From NCBI GenBank assembly GCA_051003195.1, contig JBPCLP010000035.1, positions 32,001-96,000 on the forward strand: a DNA stretch of 64,000 nt, in the 5' to 3' direction. The translations under genes and the position numbers were made by a program. Within the stretch, counting starts at the first letter, position 1. Each line of letters begins with the position of its first letter. Source of the DNA: Candidatus Sumerlaeaceae bacterium (GTDB lineage: Bacteria > Sumerlaeota > Sumerlaeia > Sumerlaeales > Sumerlaeaceae). Under the pieces are notes generated by a model. That model did no database searches. It was not told the DNA's origin and saw nothing but the letters and a program-made list of their open reading frames with translations. Below, in pieces: positions 8,973 to 19,468 of the stretch.

Positions 8973-9962
8973 TTAGCTGTAGCGGATACGCGGATCGAAA
9001 TAGGCGTACAGGATATCCACGATGAAGTTGATTGTGACGAACAGAAAAGTCACAAAAAGCACAGTTCCCATGATCACGGGCAGATCCCGGAATTCGATGG
9101 CCTTCCGGACAAGAAACCCCAGTCCCGGCCACTGGAACACGCTTTCAGTAAGGATTGCGCCCGTAAGGTAATCGGCAAAGCTGAGGCCAACCACCGTGGT
9201 GATTGGAATCATAGCGTTGCGAAGCTGATGTTTGAATACCACTGCCCTTTCCGTTAAACCTTTCGCGCGTGCCGTTCGCAAAAAATCTGCATTAGCAATC
9301 TCAAGTACTGCAGATCGGGTCATGCGGGAAAGGTAAGCGATGCTGCGCGAGCCAAGGGTGATAGCCGGGAGGACGAGGTACCTCAAGTCGAGCGCCGGCA
9401 GCAGTTCAGAACCCTCGTTCCAGCCTCGCAATGGCGGAACCACCAGAAAACCACTGTCGGCTCCGGTACCGCTGATGTAATTGTAGCCGAGTGCAGCAGC
9501 AAGCATGACCAGGCCGATACCGACAACGAATACCGGCGTCGATATTCCGAGCAGTGCCAGCGCCAATATCGTTCGATCCACCCAGGTGTCGCGCATCAGT
9601 GCGGCGATGATCCCGAGCGAAAGGCCAACGGTAACCGACAGGAAAAATGCGGCCAGTCCCAGCTGTATCGTACGGGCAAAGTGCTGCCCAATCCTTTCCG
9701 AGACCGGAGTGCCAAAGCGCATGCTGATACCCAGGTCGCCCTTGGGAATGCCTTTAATGTAATACCACATCTGTGTCAAAGGCGGGTCGTCCAGGTGCCA
9801 CTCGGCTCGCAGTCGTTTGCGTACATCCTCGCTGATCGTCTGCCCGCCAGCCATGCTGGTGGGGTCCCCGGGAATCATTCTCATGATCAGGAACGTTATA
9901 ACCACAACTCCCAGCAGGGTGGGAATGAGCTGAGCAAAACGTTTGCCGATAAAACTCAACAC
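8973..9962 (-). CDS. Peptide/nickel ABC transporter permease (DppB/OppB-like)
   Basis: IPGDP, GDLGIS, RTARAKGL, ESVFQWPGLG, DPRIRY. Confidence 0.93.
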   Translation of the reverse strand: MLSFIGKRFAQLIPTLLGVVVITFLIMRMIPGDPTSMAGGQTISEDVRKRLRAEWHLDDPPLTQMWYYIKGIPKGDLGISMRFGTPVSERIGQHFARTIQLGLAAFFLSVTVGLSLGIIAALMRDTWVDRTILALALLGISTPVFVVGIGLVMLAAALGYNYISGTGADSGFLVVPPLRGWNEGSELLPALDLRYLVLPAITLGSRSIAYLSRMTRSAVLEIANADFLRTARAKGLTERAVVFKHQLRNAMIPITTVVGLSFADYLTGAILTESVFQWPGLGFLVRKAIEFRDLPVIMGTVLFVTFLFVTINFIVDILYAYFDPRIRYS

Positions 9963-9990
9963 GAGATGCGACTCGGAAGGCGGAAATGCA

Positions 9991-11631
9991 CTACTTGTTG
10001 CCTTTCAGCCCGATATCAATGTCGATATCCGTGCACTTGCTGGCGTTGATCAGCAGCTCAGGTTCAAAATGTTTCACCCATTTCTGGATCGCGGTATCGC
10101 TTCGCCTGTGGTAAAGAAAAACCCACGGGCAATCCTCGATGATCATATCCTCGGCTTGTTGAAACATCTGGATGCGCTTCTGCGGGTCCGCTTCGGCAAC
10201 CGCTGCATCGATCAGCTTGTCGAACTCAGGATTGTTATAACGGCATCCGTTGCCCTTGCGCGGGATGTTTTTAGAGTGGAAGCTCGGCTCGAGCGCGTTT
10301 TCGATATCCGGATAATCCAGCCACCACGAGTAGTAATACATATCCGGCTCCCCGTTGTAAACGGCTTCGCGAAACGCCGCGATATCCCGGCGAAGAATGT
10401 TAACGTGGACGCCTATTTTTCCCAGGTCGGCTTTTGCGGCCGCGCACATCTCGTCTGTTTGCGCTTCGGTGCGTTCCCATAGCGAGATGGTAAGGTCTTT
10501 CACGCCGGCTTCGGCCAGCAACGCTTTTGCCTTTTCAGGGTCGTAGGCCCTTGGTTTGAGCTCCGGCCGGTAGCCTTGCACCAGATCGGGAACCGGTCCG
10601 AATGCGTGCGCGCCGCGGCTAAGCTGCAGTTTCTCAAAAATAGCAGTCGTGTTGATTGCGTGGGAGATTGCCTGTCGCACCCGCTTGTCTTTCAACGCAG
10701 GTTTTGAATTGTTAAATGCAAAGAAGTAGGTGTTCATTTCAGGCACTTTTACCAGTGCAGCTTTCGCTTCAGGATCCTTTATCCACTGGAGGTAGACCGC
10801 AAAGCCGGGTGTGTACTGGTCGATTTTCCCAAGCTTGTACAACTGCCGCTGAACCGAATCGTCCACCTGCACATTGTATACGAACCGATCCACCTTCGGC
10901 CTCTCACCCCAGTAATGCTCATTCCGTCGGAATTCCAGCCGCTGATCGTGCTCCCACTTATCGAGCACCCATGGACCCGTGCCAACGGGGTTCTTTTCGA
11001 ATTCCTGGCTTGGTCTGGCGGTTCCCGCGGAATTCTCCGGAATAATAGCGCCGCTGGGCATGGCGAGCTTCATTAGAAACGGCTGATACGGACGACGGAG
11101 CTTGATCAAAACCGTTTTCGGATCTGGTGTCGAGAGCCCCTGCAGCGTGTGAGTAGTTCCGCCACTCACCGCGTCGGCGCCGGCAATTTCTTCGACAACG
11201 TATTTTCGGTCGCTGTTAGTTTCCGGCCAAAGCAGCCGGCTGAAGGAGTACTGCACGTCCGCGGATGTGACAGGTGCTCCGTTGGAGAATTTGGCCTCGC
11301 GAAGATGAAACGTATAGCTGGTACCATCTTCGCTTATCTCCCAGCTTTGTGCTAAAGCGGGCACAGTCTCTGTTCCCTTGCCGAAGTTGACGAGGCCATC
11401 GAACAAAAGCCCGCTGGCGATTCCCTCATACACGTCATAACTGAAAGCCGGATCAAGATGCTTTGGTTCATCGGTATTCACATAATTGAAAACCTTCGCG
11501 GGCTTTTGATCACCAGGCTTCGCCGCCTCGTCGCCAGGGGTCGCGCGTTTTTCTCCGCAACCTGTTAAAAGCACGATCGCCAATGCTGCTACCACTGGCC
11601 ACAAGGGAACACGTGAAATCGAGTAGTTCAA
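9991..11631 (-). CDS. Peptide ABC transporter substrate-binding lipoprotein (family 5)
   Basis: Lipobox LTGC; LDPA, LAQSWEISEDG, GTGPW, VRQAISHAIN. Confidence 0.93.
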   Translation of the reverse strand: MNYSISRVPLWPVVAALAIVLLTGCGEKRATPGDEAAKPGDQKPAKVFNYVNTDEPKHLDPAFSYDVYEGIASGLLFDGLVNFGKGTETVPALAQSWEISEDGTSYTFHLREAKFSNGAPVTSADVQYSFSRLLWPETNSDRKYVVEEIAGADAVSGGTTHTLQGLSTPDPKTVLIKLRRPYQPFLMKLAMPSGAIIPENSAGTARPSQEFEKNPVGTGPWVLDKWEHDQRLEFRRNEHYWGERPKVDRFVYNVQVDDSVQRQLYKLGKIDQYTPGFAVYLQWIKDPEAKAALVKVPEMNTYFFAFNNSKPALKDKRVRQAISHAINTTAIFEKLQLSRGAHAFGPVPDLVQGYRPELKPRAYDPEKAKALLAEAGVKDLTISLWERTEAQTDEMCAAAKADLGKIGVHVNILRRDIAAFREAVYNGEPDMYYYSWWLDYPDIENALEPSFHSKNIPRKGNGCRYNNPEFDKLIDAAVAEADPQKRIQMFQQAEDMIIEDCPWVFLYHRRSDTAIQKWVKHFEPELLINASKCTDIDIDIGLKGNK

Positions 11632-11756
11632 ATCGGCAACCTGCCATTTGATAAATGATGCGCGCAGTTTGCGCGAGCGAATTCAAAGGGTGCAGTGCTG
11701 CTCGCCGATCAAGAAAAACCTGCCGAACAGGCAACTCCGCTATCTGCTGGCAGGAT

Positions 11757-14717
11757 TCAGGCGTGCAGCGTCTGCTCTGACACTACTTCGAGTACGTTCC
11801 CCTCGGATACACTCGCGGGCTGCCGTTGAGGCAGCAGCAGCGTGATTGTAGTTCCACGGTGCAGCTCCGAACGGACAAGGATATGACCGTCGTGGCTCTG
11901 GATAAACTGAAGCGTGGCCGAAAGCCCCAACCCGGTCCCGCGTGAACATTTCGTGCTGAAGAACGGCTCAAACAGACGATGCAGAATCTCGGGATTTATG
12001 CCATCCCCGCTATCACTCACATCAATGCGAAGCATCGGTTCATTCGGTGCAGAATCCAGACTGGTAATTGCCCTGCAACTTGCGTTGGCTCCTTTTAGAG
12101 AACACGCTTCGTCGCACTCTCTGAACAGCTCCTGCACTTCTTCAGAAGAGGCCAGGCGAGCCGACAGAAGAAGCTGGCCGCTGGACTGCATCGCATCCAG
12201 CGAATTCAATCCAAGATTCAGCAGCGCGCGATACAGGCGGTCCGTATCCAGGCAAAACTCGCGTGCGCTCGGATCTACCTTGGAATAGACTTCAACACCT
12301 TCTGCGAGTGCCGAGGTTCGCAATATGGCTATGACCTCGTCCAACAACTCCTCGATATTCGAAACGCAGAAATTTGCATGGCGGTCCTTGGAAATATCGA
12401 GCATGTTGAGCAGCAAAAGGCTGATTCTTGCAGTCGAGCGCTTTAACAGGTCCTGGGCCTGGAGCAGTACGGGGTTTACCGAGTCCGCCGTGTCGCAACA
12501 ACGGTCGACGAGAAACATACCGCCATTAAGGCCGGTCAGCATATTCTTCATGCAGTGGCCGATACTCGCCATGGCTCGGCCAATTACCGCGAGTTTTTCA
12601 GCTGCATGTAGTTCCTCCTGCAACCTGCGTTGCTCCTGCTCGGTTTGCAGCCGCTCCGTGACATCGAGTGCAATACCCACGACGCCGCTGATTACACCGT
12701 CTGTCCTGCGAAGAGGCTGCACGCTGGCCTGGTATTGGCGGTTCGCACTGCCGAGCATGAAGGTTGCCGTGACACCCGTTTTTACTGAAAGCTCGTGCGC
12801 CTCCTTGAGCGCCTTACCCTCGTCGTCCAGCCCAGTCAGTACTTCGCTGACGTGTCTGCCCATGATTTCCCCGGGTGATTTTTCCATCCATGGCTCCGCA
12901 TCAATTCCGGCAAATCGCCCCAGCACGCTGGTTATGCGCAGCTCTTCGTCGGTGGTATAAAGCAGGGCCGGTATCTGGCTGACTATCAGTTCCAGTCGCT
13001 GTTCACTGCGCGCAAGCGCGCTTTCCGCAATCCTCAGTCGCGTAACATCGCTACCCACTGCCTGGTATTGAATGACGTTGCCAGCTTCATCGAAATTGCC
13101 GCGATAAGTCCAGATCAGACGGAAGGTTTCTTTGTCGGGTCCCAGGAGCGCATGCTCAATGTCGACCGCCGGGTTCGTTGGCTTAATCAGGTTTAGCAAT
13201 AACCGGATCCGCTTCTGGTCCGCATGGGCAACGAAGCTCATGTAGTTGCTTGAGATCAGCTCGCAAGAAGGAGTGTGCAACGTACGCGCGAAGGACTGGT
13301 TGCAGAATGTCAGTGTAAAATCCGTGCTGAATCGAACGATTAACTCGCTTTGATCTTCGACAATTTCACGGTACAGCGTTTCGCTGCGCTGGAGTTCCTC
13401 CGCAGCGTGGATACGTGCCATCGCGGTACCGCATTGATCTGCAAAAGCGCCCAGCAATTCAAGTTCCGGTTCATGATAACGGTGCGGGTGATAACTTTGC
13501 ACGCTAATCACGCCCAGCACTTCGTTCTGCCAAACGATGGGAGCAAACATCAGCGAGAGAGACTTGCGATGTACGTGGCCGATCCGTTGAAATGGTTGCT
13601 CTGCGGTCTGGTCGGCCTCCAACGCACGATTCACGAGGCGGGGTTTGCCATTCGCGAAAGCAGGCTGGTAGGGTAATACATCCAGTTGCCGTGTGACAGG
13701 AACCGGACTGGGTGCAGATGCCCCAATCGCAGTATCTTCGATCCAGAAGTGCCGCAAAGAGTTTTGCGCTGCAGAATAGCGGCTGAACCAGAATGCGTCG
13801 TGCTTAAATACTCGCGTACATTCCTCGGCTACAATCTGCCCAAGCTCCTGCTCATCGGCCGTGTTGCTAAGCCGCTGTGCCAGCCGGATGAGAGATTCGC
13901 GCTGCGCTTCTGCCATCGCGCGATCTGTGACATCCACAAGCGTTGCCAGGTAGCCGGCCGCCGTCTCTTCGGGATTAAGCCGCACCAGGTTTAGCTCGCA
14001 TACGCACGTCTGTCCCGCAGGCAGCTTGATCACCAGTTCTCGCCTGTCGGGGAGAGTCTCAGCGGTTCTTGCGCGCGACGAAGCTGTGTATTCGGCAAAG
14101 GATTCATCACTTGGAAAAAGCTCACGCAGCGAAGTGCCGGGCCGCTCGACCGCATCGAACAACTGCTTCATCGAATCGTTTGCCCAGACCACACTCCAGT
14201 CGTCCCGCAGGCTTGCAAGTGCAGCAGGGGTGGCCCGCAGAATGGCGTCGTGGCTCATCTGCAGTTGACGTACCTGGCTGCGGCTGGCGCGCAACTCCTT
14301 GTCAGCACGTTTGCGCTCGATTGCATGCGCGATGGCTCGTTTGAGCGTCCGGCTGTCGAGTTCGTCCTTGGTTAAAAAGTCCTGCGCGCCCCCACGGAGC
14401 ATTAAACGCGCGATATCTTCGCCCCCACTTGCAGTGATCACGATGGTCGCTGCAAGCGGCGCTGCTGCGTTGACCGCGCGCACCGTGTCCAGTCCAAGAC
14501 TGTCGGGAAGATTAAGATCCAGCAGCACAACATCGACCGGCTCACTGTTCAGCTCGGTAATGGCTTGTCTCAGAGTCTGCGCATGCCGAATCTGAGGCGT
14601 TGGCTCGCCAAGCAGAAGGCACTTCTGAATCATGAGAGCGTAGTCCGGTTCGTCCTCCACGATAAGTGCCGTAAAGGACGATCCCTGAACGTTAGCGCGG
14701 CTATTGATGTCTTGCAC
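11757..14717 (-). CDS. Hybrid sensor histidine kinase (REC-PAS-GAF-PAS-PAS-HisKA-HATPase)
   Basis: REC VLLDLNLPDS; H-box IGHCMKN; N-box LNLGLNSLDA; DSGDG, FEPFFSTK, GTGLGL. Confidence 0.92.
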   Translation of the reverse strand: MQDINSRANVQGSSFTALIVEDEPDYALMIQKCLLLGEPTPQIRHAQTLRQAITELNSEPVDVVLLDLNLPDSLGLDTVRAVNAAAPLAATIVITASGGEDIARLMLRGGAQDFLTKDELDSRTLKRAIAHAIERKRADKELRASRSQVRQLQMSHDAILRATPAALASLRDDWSVVWANDSMKQLFDAVERPGTSLRELFPSDESFAEYTASSRARTAETLPDRRELVIKLPAGQTCVCELNLVRLNPEETAAGYLATLVDVTDRAMAEAQRESLIRLAQRLSNTADEQELGQIVAEECTRVFKHDAFWFSRYSAAQNSLRHFWIEDTAIGASAPSPVPVTRQLDVLPYQPAFANGKPRLVNRALEADQTAEQPFQRIGHVHRKSLSLMFAPIVWQNEVLGVISVQSYHPHRYHEPELELLGAFADQCGTAMARIHAAEELQRSETLYREIVEDQSELIVRFSTDFTLTFCNQSFARTLHTPSCELISSNYMSFVAHADQKRIRLLLNLIKPTNPAVDIEHALLGPDKETFRLIWTYRGNFDEAGNVIQYQAVGSDVTRLRIAESALARSEQRLELIVSQIPALLYTTDEELRITSVLGRFAGIDAEPWMEKSPGEIMGRHVSEVLTGLDDEGKALKEAHELSVKTGVTATFMLGSANRQYQASVQPLRRTDGVISGVVGIALDVTERLQTEQEQRRLQEELHAAEKLAVIGRAMASIGHCMKNMLTGLNGGMFLVDRCCDTADSVNPVLLQAQDLLKRSTARISLLLLNMLDISKDRHANFCVSNIEELLDEVIAILRTSALAEGVEVYSKVDPSAREFCLDTDRLYRALLNLGLNSLDAMQSSGQLLLSARLASSEEVQELFRECDEACSLKGANASCRAITSLDSAPNEPMLRIDVSDSGDGINPEILHRLFEPFFSTKCSRGTGLGLSATLQFIQSHDGHILVRSELHRGTTITLLLPQRQPASVSEGNVLEVVSEQTLHA

Positions 14718-15064
14718 GATGGGGTACTTTCACGCTCAACTCGGTGCTGTCAGCGCCGCATCTCAAGATGCCAGACAAAGCGCATTCCAGCTAGGTTGCT
14801 GCATCCTGTCGACCATGGGCAGCACAGCGCTACAAAATGCAATGAAAATTGTGCGTGTGGTTATCCGCGACGTTCTTGTTCCGACAGCGCAGTAGAGATT
14901 TGGTAGCGCTTTAGTTGCATTGATCACATCGCGGCACGACCGATGGTCAAAATATGCGTTTTCTGTGATCGCCATAAAATCCTTGCCCTTCAGCGTTTGC
15001 GATCAAAGCTCCGCTGGTTAATCTGTGCCGCCAGGTGTGGCAAGTCTAGATAATAAAGGGTATT

Positions 15065-17284
15065 ATGACGGGATACATCATTTTTACAGTCGTGATGGTT
15101 GTAGCTGTTGCCGCACTGGTAATGGCATACCGACTGGCTGGATGGGTGCTTGCGCGCGACCTCGGCACTCCGGGCATGCAGAAAATTTCGGAGGCCATCA
15201 AAGCTGGCGCCGAAGCTTTCATGCGTCGAATGAACAGCACCATAGCCGCGCTCAGCGTGGTGGTTGCCGCTCTGATTTTCTGCGGCTATTACTTTCTCGA
15301 AAAAGACGCCGGGAAAGCGATGTCGATGACGGTATCGTTCGTCGCAGGCGCGCTGTGCTCCGGGTTTGCCGGCTACTTCGGCATGTTTATCTCCATCCGC
15401 TCGAACATTCGCACCGCAAGCGCAGCCCGCCGCAGCTTGAATGAGGCACTCCAGGTGGCATTGCGCGGCGGCGCTGTCAGCGGGCTGCTCGTTGTAGCAC
15501 TATCTCTCACTGGCGTGGGCCTTATGTTTGCCATTTTCGGCGGATTGAGGGGCCCCGAAATGATGAAGCTCGTGCCGCTCAACATCGTGGGCTTTGGATT
15601 TGGTGCCTCGTTCGTGGCGCTGTTTGCACAACTCGGAGGCGGTATTTACACGAAGGCCGCTGACGTGGGCGCGGACCTCGTCGGAAAGGTTGAAGCCGGA
15701 ATTCCTGAAGACGATCCACGCAATCCCGCAGTTATTGCCGACCTTGTCGGCGACAACGTAGGTGACTGCGCCGGCCGTGGAGCGGACCTGTTTGAGAGTA
15801 CCGCCGCGGAAAACATCGGCGCGATGATCCTTGGAATTGCGCTCGTTCCGGTTTTCGGCATTAAAGGAATTTTATTCCCGCTGTTTGCAGGCGCAATGGG
15901 TCTCATTGCCAGTACTGTCGGCATTTATTCCGTCCGGGTCAAGGGCCAGGAAGACCCAATGCAGTCCCTTAACCGCGGATATTTCGTGACTACTCTTCTC
16001 GCTCTCGTCGGGTTTTTTCTCGCGTGTGTACTTCTGCTGCGGACTCCCGGAAACAGCGGCTTCATGTGGTTTTTCGGATGCGGAGTCGTAGGTCTTCTCG
16101 CCAGCTTCCTGTTCGTCTGGATCACGCAGTACTATACCGAAACGAAGTATCGCCCGGTCCGTCAGATCGCGGATGCATGTCAGACCGGTCCTGCCACTAC
16201 TATCATCAGCGGATTGGCAGTTGGTATGGAATGCACGTTCATGCCGGTAATCGTCATCAGCGCCGCGATCCTTACCAGCTTCTATATGGGCATGCGTGCC
16301 TTGGCGCCGTTTTCCGCACTGCCAATCACAGATCCTGATTTTGTAGCTGCACACAGCGCAGGTTTGTATGGAACCGCCGTCGCCACCATGGGTATGCTGA
16401 GCACTGCTGGTTATATCCTGGCCATGGACACTTTCGGCCCGATTACCGACAACGCCGGTGGTATTGTTGAGATGGGCCTGAAAGAAGAAGCGCATGGGGA
16501 AATTCGTGATCGGACAGACCGGCTTGATGCGGTCGGCAATACGACCAAGGCGCTTACCAAAGGATACGCCGTAGGTAGCGCAGCGCTCGCCGCCTTCCTG
16601 CTGTTTTCAGCTTACCTGGACCAGGTCTGGCATTATGTCCAGATTCGTGGATTAAAGCTGCCCAATGGTATGCCCATGAAGATGGAAGACGTGATGAGCG
16701 TTAACATTGGCAAGCCCGCGGTTTTCGTCGGTGGACTTGTCGGTGCGATGCTCGTGTTTGTTTTCAGCGCGCTTGCCATGAAGGCTGTCAGCAAGGCCGC
16801 GCAAACGGTTATCAATGAGGTGCGGCGTCAGTTCCAGTCCGACCCCGGCATTATGGAAGGCACCTCCGAACCCGACTACGGCAAGTGCGTTGACATCGTC
16901 ACCAAAGGCGCCCTGAAAGCCATGATCTTACCGGGCATGCTACCGGTTCTCTTTCCGCTCTGTCTTGGTTTGATAGTTAAATATGCCTACCCTTCTGAGG
17001 CAATTATCGGAGCCGAAGCGGTGGCTGCGCTTCTGATGATTGCAACCGTGGCAGGCATTCTCATGGCGCTGTTCATGAACAACGGCGGCGGTGCGTGGGA
17101 CAATGCAAAGAAGTACATCGAAGAAGGCAATTACGGCGGCAAAGGCAGCTTTGCGCATAAAGCGGGCGTGGTAGGGGATACCGTAGGAGATCCGTTCAAG
17201 GATACGGCAGGTCCAAGCCTGCACGTGCTGATCAAACTGCTGAGCACCATCACACTTGTAATGGCCCCGCTGTTCATACGATAA
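15065..17284 (+). CDS. hppA: Membrane-bound ion-translocating pyrophosphatase, K+-independent type
   Basis: GGGIYTKAADVGADLVGKVE, DNVGD, DTFGPITDNAGG; GNTTK carries the Lys typical of K+-independent enzymes. Confidence 0.96.
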   Translation: MTGYIIFTVVMVVAVAALVMAYRLAGWVLARDLGTPGMQKISEAIKAGAEAFMRRMNSTIAALSVVVAALIFCGYYFLEKDAGKAMSMTVSFVAGALCSGFAGYFGMFISIRSNIRTASAARRSLNEALQVALRGGAVSGLLVVALSLTGVGLMFAIFGGLRGPEMMKLVPLNIVGFGFGASFVALFAQLGGGIYTKAADVGADLVGKVEAGIPEDDPRNPAVIADLVGDNVGDCAGRGADLFESTAAENIGAMILGIALVPVFGIKGILFPLFAGAMGLIASTVGIYSVRVKGQEDPMQSLNRGYFVTTLLALVGFFLACVLLLRTPGNSGFMWFFGCGVVGLLASFLFVWITQYYTETKYRPVRQIADACQTGPATTIISGLAVGMECTFMPVIVISAAILTSFYMGMRALAPFSALPITDPDFVAAHSAGLYGTAVATMGMLSTAGYILAMDTFGPITDNAGGIVEMGLKEEAHGEIRDRTDRLDAVGNTTKALTKGYAVGSAALAAFLLFSAYLDQVWHYVQIRGLKLPNGMPMKMEDVMSVNIGKPAVFVGGLVGAMLVFVFSALAMKAVSKAAQTVINEVRRQFQSDPGIMEGTSEPDYGKCVDIVTKGALKAMILPGMLPVLFPLCLGLIVKYAYPSEAIIGAEAVAALLMIATVAGILMALFMNNGGGAWDNAKKYIEEGNYGGKGSFAHKAGVVGDTVGDPFKDTAGPSLHVLIKLLSTITLVMAPLFIR

Positions 17285-17299
17285 TCAGTATGCGACGTA

Positions 17300-17396
17300 C
17301 TAGTGTGCCGTCCCAGGAGTTCATAGCTCCACTTCAGGAAGCTTTTGAACTCGGACGGCACACAAAATCAGTGAACGAATTAATGAGACATCACGC
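17300..17396 (+). repeat. ~95-bp palindromic intergenic repeat (MITE/REP-like), copy A
   Basis: TGTGCCGTCC...GGACGGCACA 10-bp stem; closely matches the reverse complement of 29497-29596. Confidence 0.85.
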
Positions 17397-17495
17397 CATC
17401 GTTTGCGCGATCGTTTGCGGCAGCCGACGCTTTGTGTTGCCCCTGGACAAGTCGTGCCTGCCTGCTTGCGACAATAATGCAGGCGTTGCAGGGGC

Positions 17496-18728
17496 ATGAG
17501 TTTCGAGCGGTTTATAGCGCGCCGATACCTGTTCAGCGGCCAGCACAAGGCGCTGGTCTCGATGATTACCTTTATCTCGATCGCCGGCGTGGCGCTGGGT
17601 GTGCTTGCGTTGATTGTCGTTATTTCCGTTATGGAAGGTTTCGACCAGAACCTCCAGGAAAAGATTATCGGGGCAAATGCGCACATCGAAGTAGCGCGTT
17701 CTTACGCGGAGTCTCCGTACCTTACGAGTGGCGCGCTCGAACTGGTGCGCAAAATCCCTTCTGTAAAGGCTGCAGGCCCTGTTGTTGTGAGGCAGGCGTT
17801 GGTGCAGGTCCCGGGTGAAGGAAATCAGTCCCGCCAGACCGGTATCCTTATCCAGGGGCTCGACCTTGAAGTCGAGCCGCTGATTACCCGCATCACCGAC
17901 AACGTGACCTCAGGCGCGAAAAGTCCCGGGCCCTGGGATATTGTCATGGGCGAGCAGATCGCAAACCGGACGCTGTTCATTGCACCCGGGCAGAAGCTAC
18001 GGATGATTGCGCCGGTGTGGGCGGAGACGGAAATGGGGCAAACGCCTCTCTATCGAAACGTTCAGATGGTAGGCACGTTCAAAACAGGCTTTCCCGAGAC
18101 GGACGGCTTTCTGGCTTATGCGAGCATGGAAGCAGCGCGAAATATGTTCATGATTCCTGAAGGGCAATTCGACGGTCTACGAGCGACAGCGACGGATGTG
18201 GACCAGGTGCAGGAAGCGGCCGATGAAATCCAGAAGGCGCTCGGACCGATGTTCATGGTAACAACATGGAAGACCCGCAACGCGGGCTTGTTCCACGCGC
18301 TGCAGCTTGAAAAAGCAGCCATGTTTATTATACTGCTGCTTATCGTCGTGGTCGCCGCCTTTAACATCATTGGAACGCTCATTATGGTGGTGATGGAAAA
18401 GACCCGGGAGATCGGCATTCTCAAAAGCATGGGCGCGACAGACAATGCAATACTCCGAATTTTTATGAACCAGGGCCTGATCATCGGCGGCGTGGGGACC
18501 ACCCTTGGCGCAATTCTTGGCCTGATCATCTGCTGGGTGCTAAAATATAAGATAAAACTGCCGGATGTCAGCGCGGCCTATCTGAGCGACCATATCCCTG
18601 TTGTGGTGGAGCCGTGGATCGTGCTTCTGATCGTCGGAAGCGCGATGGCCATTGTTCTGATCGCATCCCTGTATCCAGCCCGTCAGGCATCCAAACTTAA
18701 TCCGGTCGAGGCGCTGCGCTATGAGTGA
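17496..18728 (+). CDS. Lipoprotein-releasing ABC transporter permease LolC/LolE
   Basis: FERFIARRYL, ISIAGVALGV, VAAFNIIGTL, EIGILKSMGA, PVEALRYE. Confidence 0.94.
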   Translation: MSFERFIARRYLFSGQHKALVSMITFISIAGVALGVLALIVVISVMEGFDQNLQEKIIGANAHIEVARSYAESPYLTSGALELVRKIPSVKAAGPVVVRQALVQVPGEGNQSRQTGILIQGLDLEVEPLITRITDNVTSGAKSPGPWDIVMGEQIANRTLFIAPGQKLRMIAPVWAETEMGQTPLYRNVQMVGTFKTGFPETDGFLAYASMEAARNMFMIPEGQFDGLRATATDVDQVQEAADEIQKALGPMFMVTTWKTRNAGLFHALQLEKAAMFIILLLIVVVAAFNIIGTLIMVVMEKTREIGILKSMGATDNAILRIFMNQGLIIGGVGTTLGAILGLIICWVLKYKIKLPDVSAAYLSDHIPVVVEPWIVLLIVGSAMAIVLIASLYPARQASKLNPVEALRYE

Positions 18729-19410
18729 GGCAGGAGCAGCAGTGATGGAGTGCCGTGGTCTGCACAAGGCCTATAACGATGGAACTCGGAGCCTGCAGGT
18801 ACTGCGCGGCGCGGATCTCGACGTTCGGTCTGGAGAGATTATATCCATAGTCGGTGCCAGCGGTTCCGGCAAAAGTACACTGCTGCATTTGCTTGGAGTC
18901 TTAGACAGGCCAAGTGAGGGAAGGATCTCGCTCAAAGGCCGAGAACTTGCGGAACTTAGCTCTGCTGAGCTTGCGGAGATCCGCGCGCGCTCCATTGGCT
19001 TTATCTTCCAGTTTCACCATCTCCTGGCGGAGTTCACCGCTCTCGAAAATGTGATTATTCCTGGCCTCATGCTGAAGGGTGTTCCTGCACAATTGCGCGA
19101 AAAAGCGACACAACGGCTTACGGCGCTCGGCCTCGGAGATCGCCTTGAACATCGTCCCTCGAAGCTTTCCGGGGGCGAACAGCAGCGCGTGGCCCTCGCG
19201 CGTGCACTGGTGAATGAACCCGATGTCGTCCTTGCCGATGAGCCCACCGGTAACCTCGACACAGAAACCGCTGAAGTTGTCATCGATCTTCTGTGGCGCA
19301 ATGTGCGGGAAAACCGCAAATCACTCGTGATTGTTACGCATGAACCCGATATCGCAAAGCGCGCGGACCGCTGCCTGCGGCTCAGGGACGGCAAGTTGAT
19401 CCCGCAGTAG
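18721..19410 (+). CDS. lolD: Lipoprotein-releasing ABC transporter ATPase
   Basis: GASGSGKST, GFIFQFHHLL, LSGGEQQR, ADEPTGNLD; overlaps the lolC/E stop. Confidence 0.93.
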   Translation: MSEAGAAVMECRGLHKAYNDGTRSLQVLRGADLDVRSGEIISIVGASGSGKSTLLHLLGVLDRPSEGRISLKGRELAELSSAELAEIRARSIGFIFQFHHLLAEFTALENVIIPGLMLKGVPAQLREKATQRLTALGLGDRLEHRPSKLSGGEQQRVALARALVNEPDVVLADEPTGNLDTETAEVVIDLLWRNVRENRKSLVIVTHEPDIAKRADRCLRLRDGKLIPQ

Positions 19411-19468
19411 TTTTGCAGGGCTTTTCAACGTTTGCGTTTGTCGCCGCATCGATTGTGCATCCTTACAA

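Noticed and set aside
14763..14975. 70-aa ORF between the histidine kinase and hppA
   Set aside because: No recognisable motif; lies in a divergent promoter region; cannot be supported.
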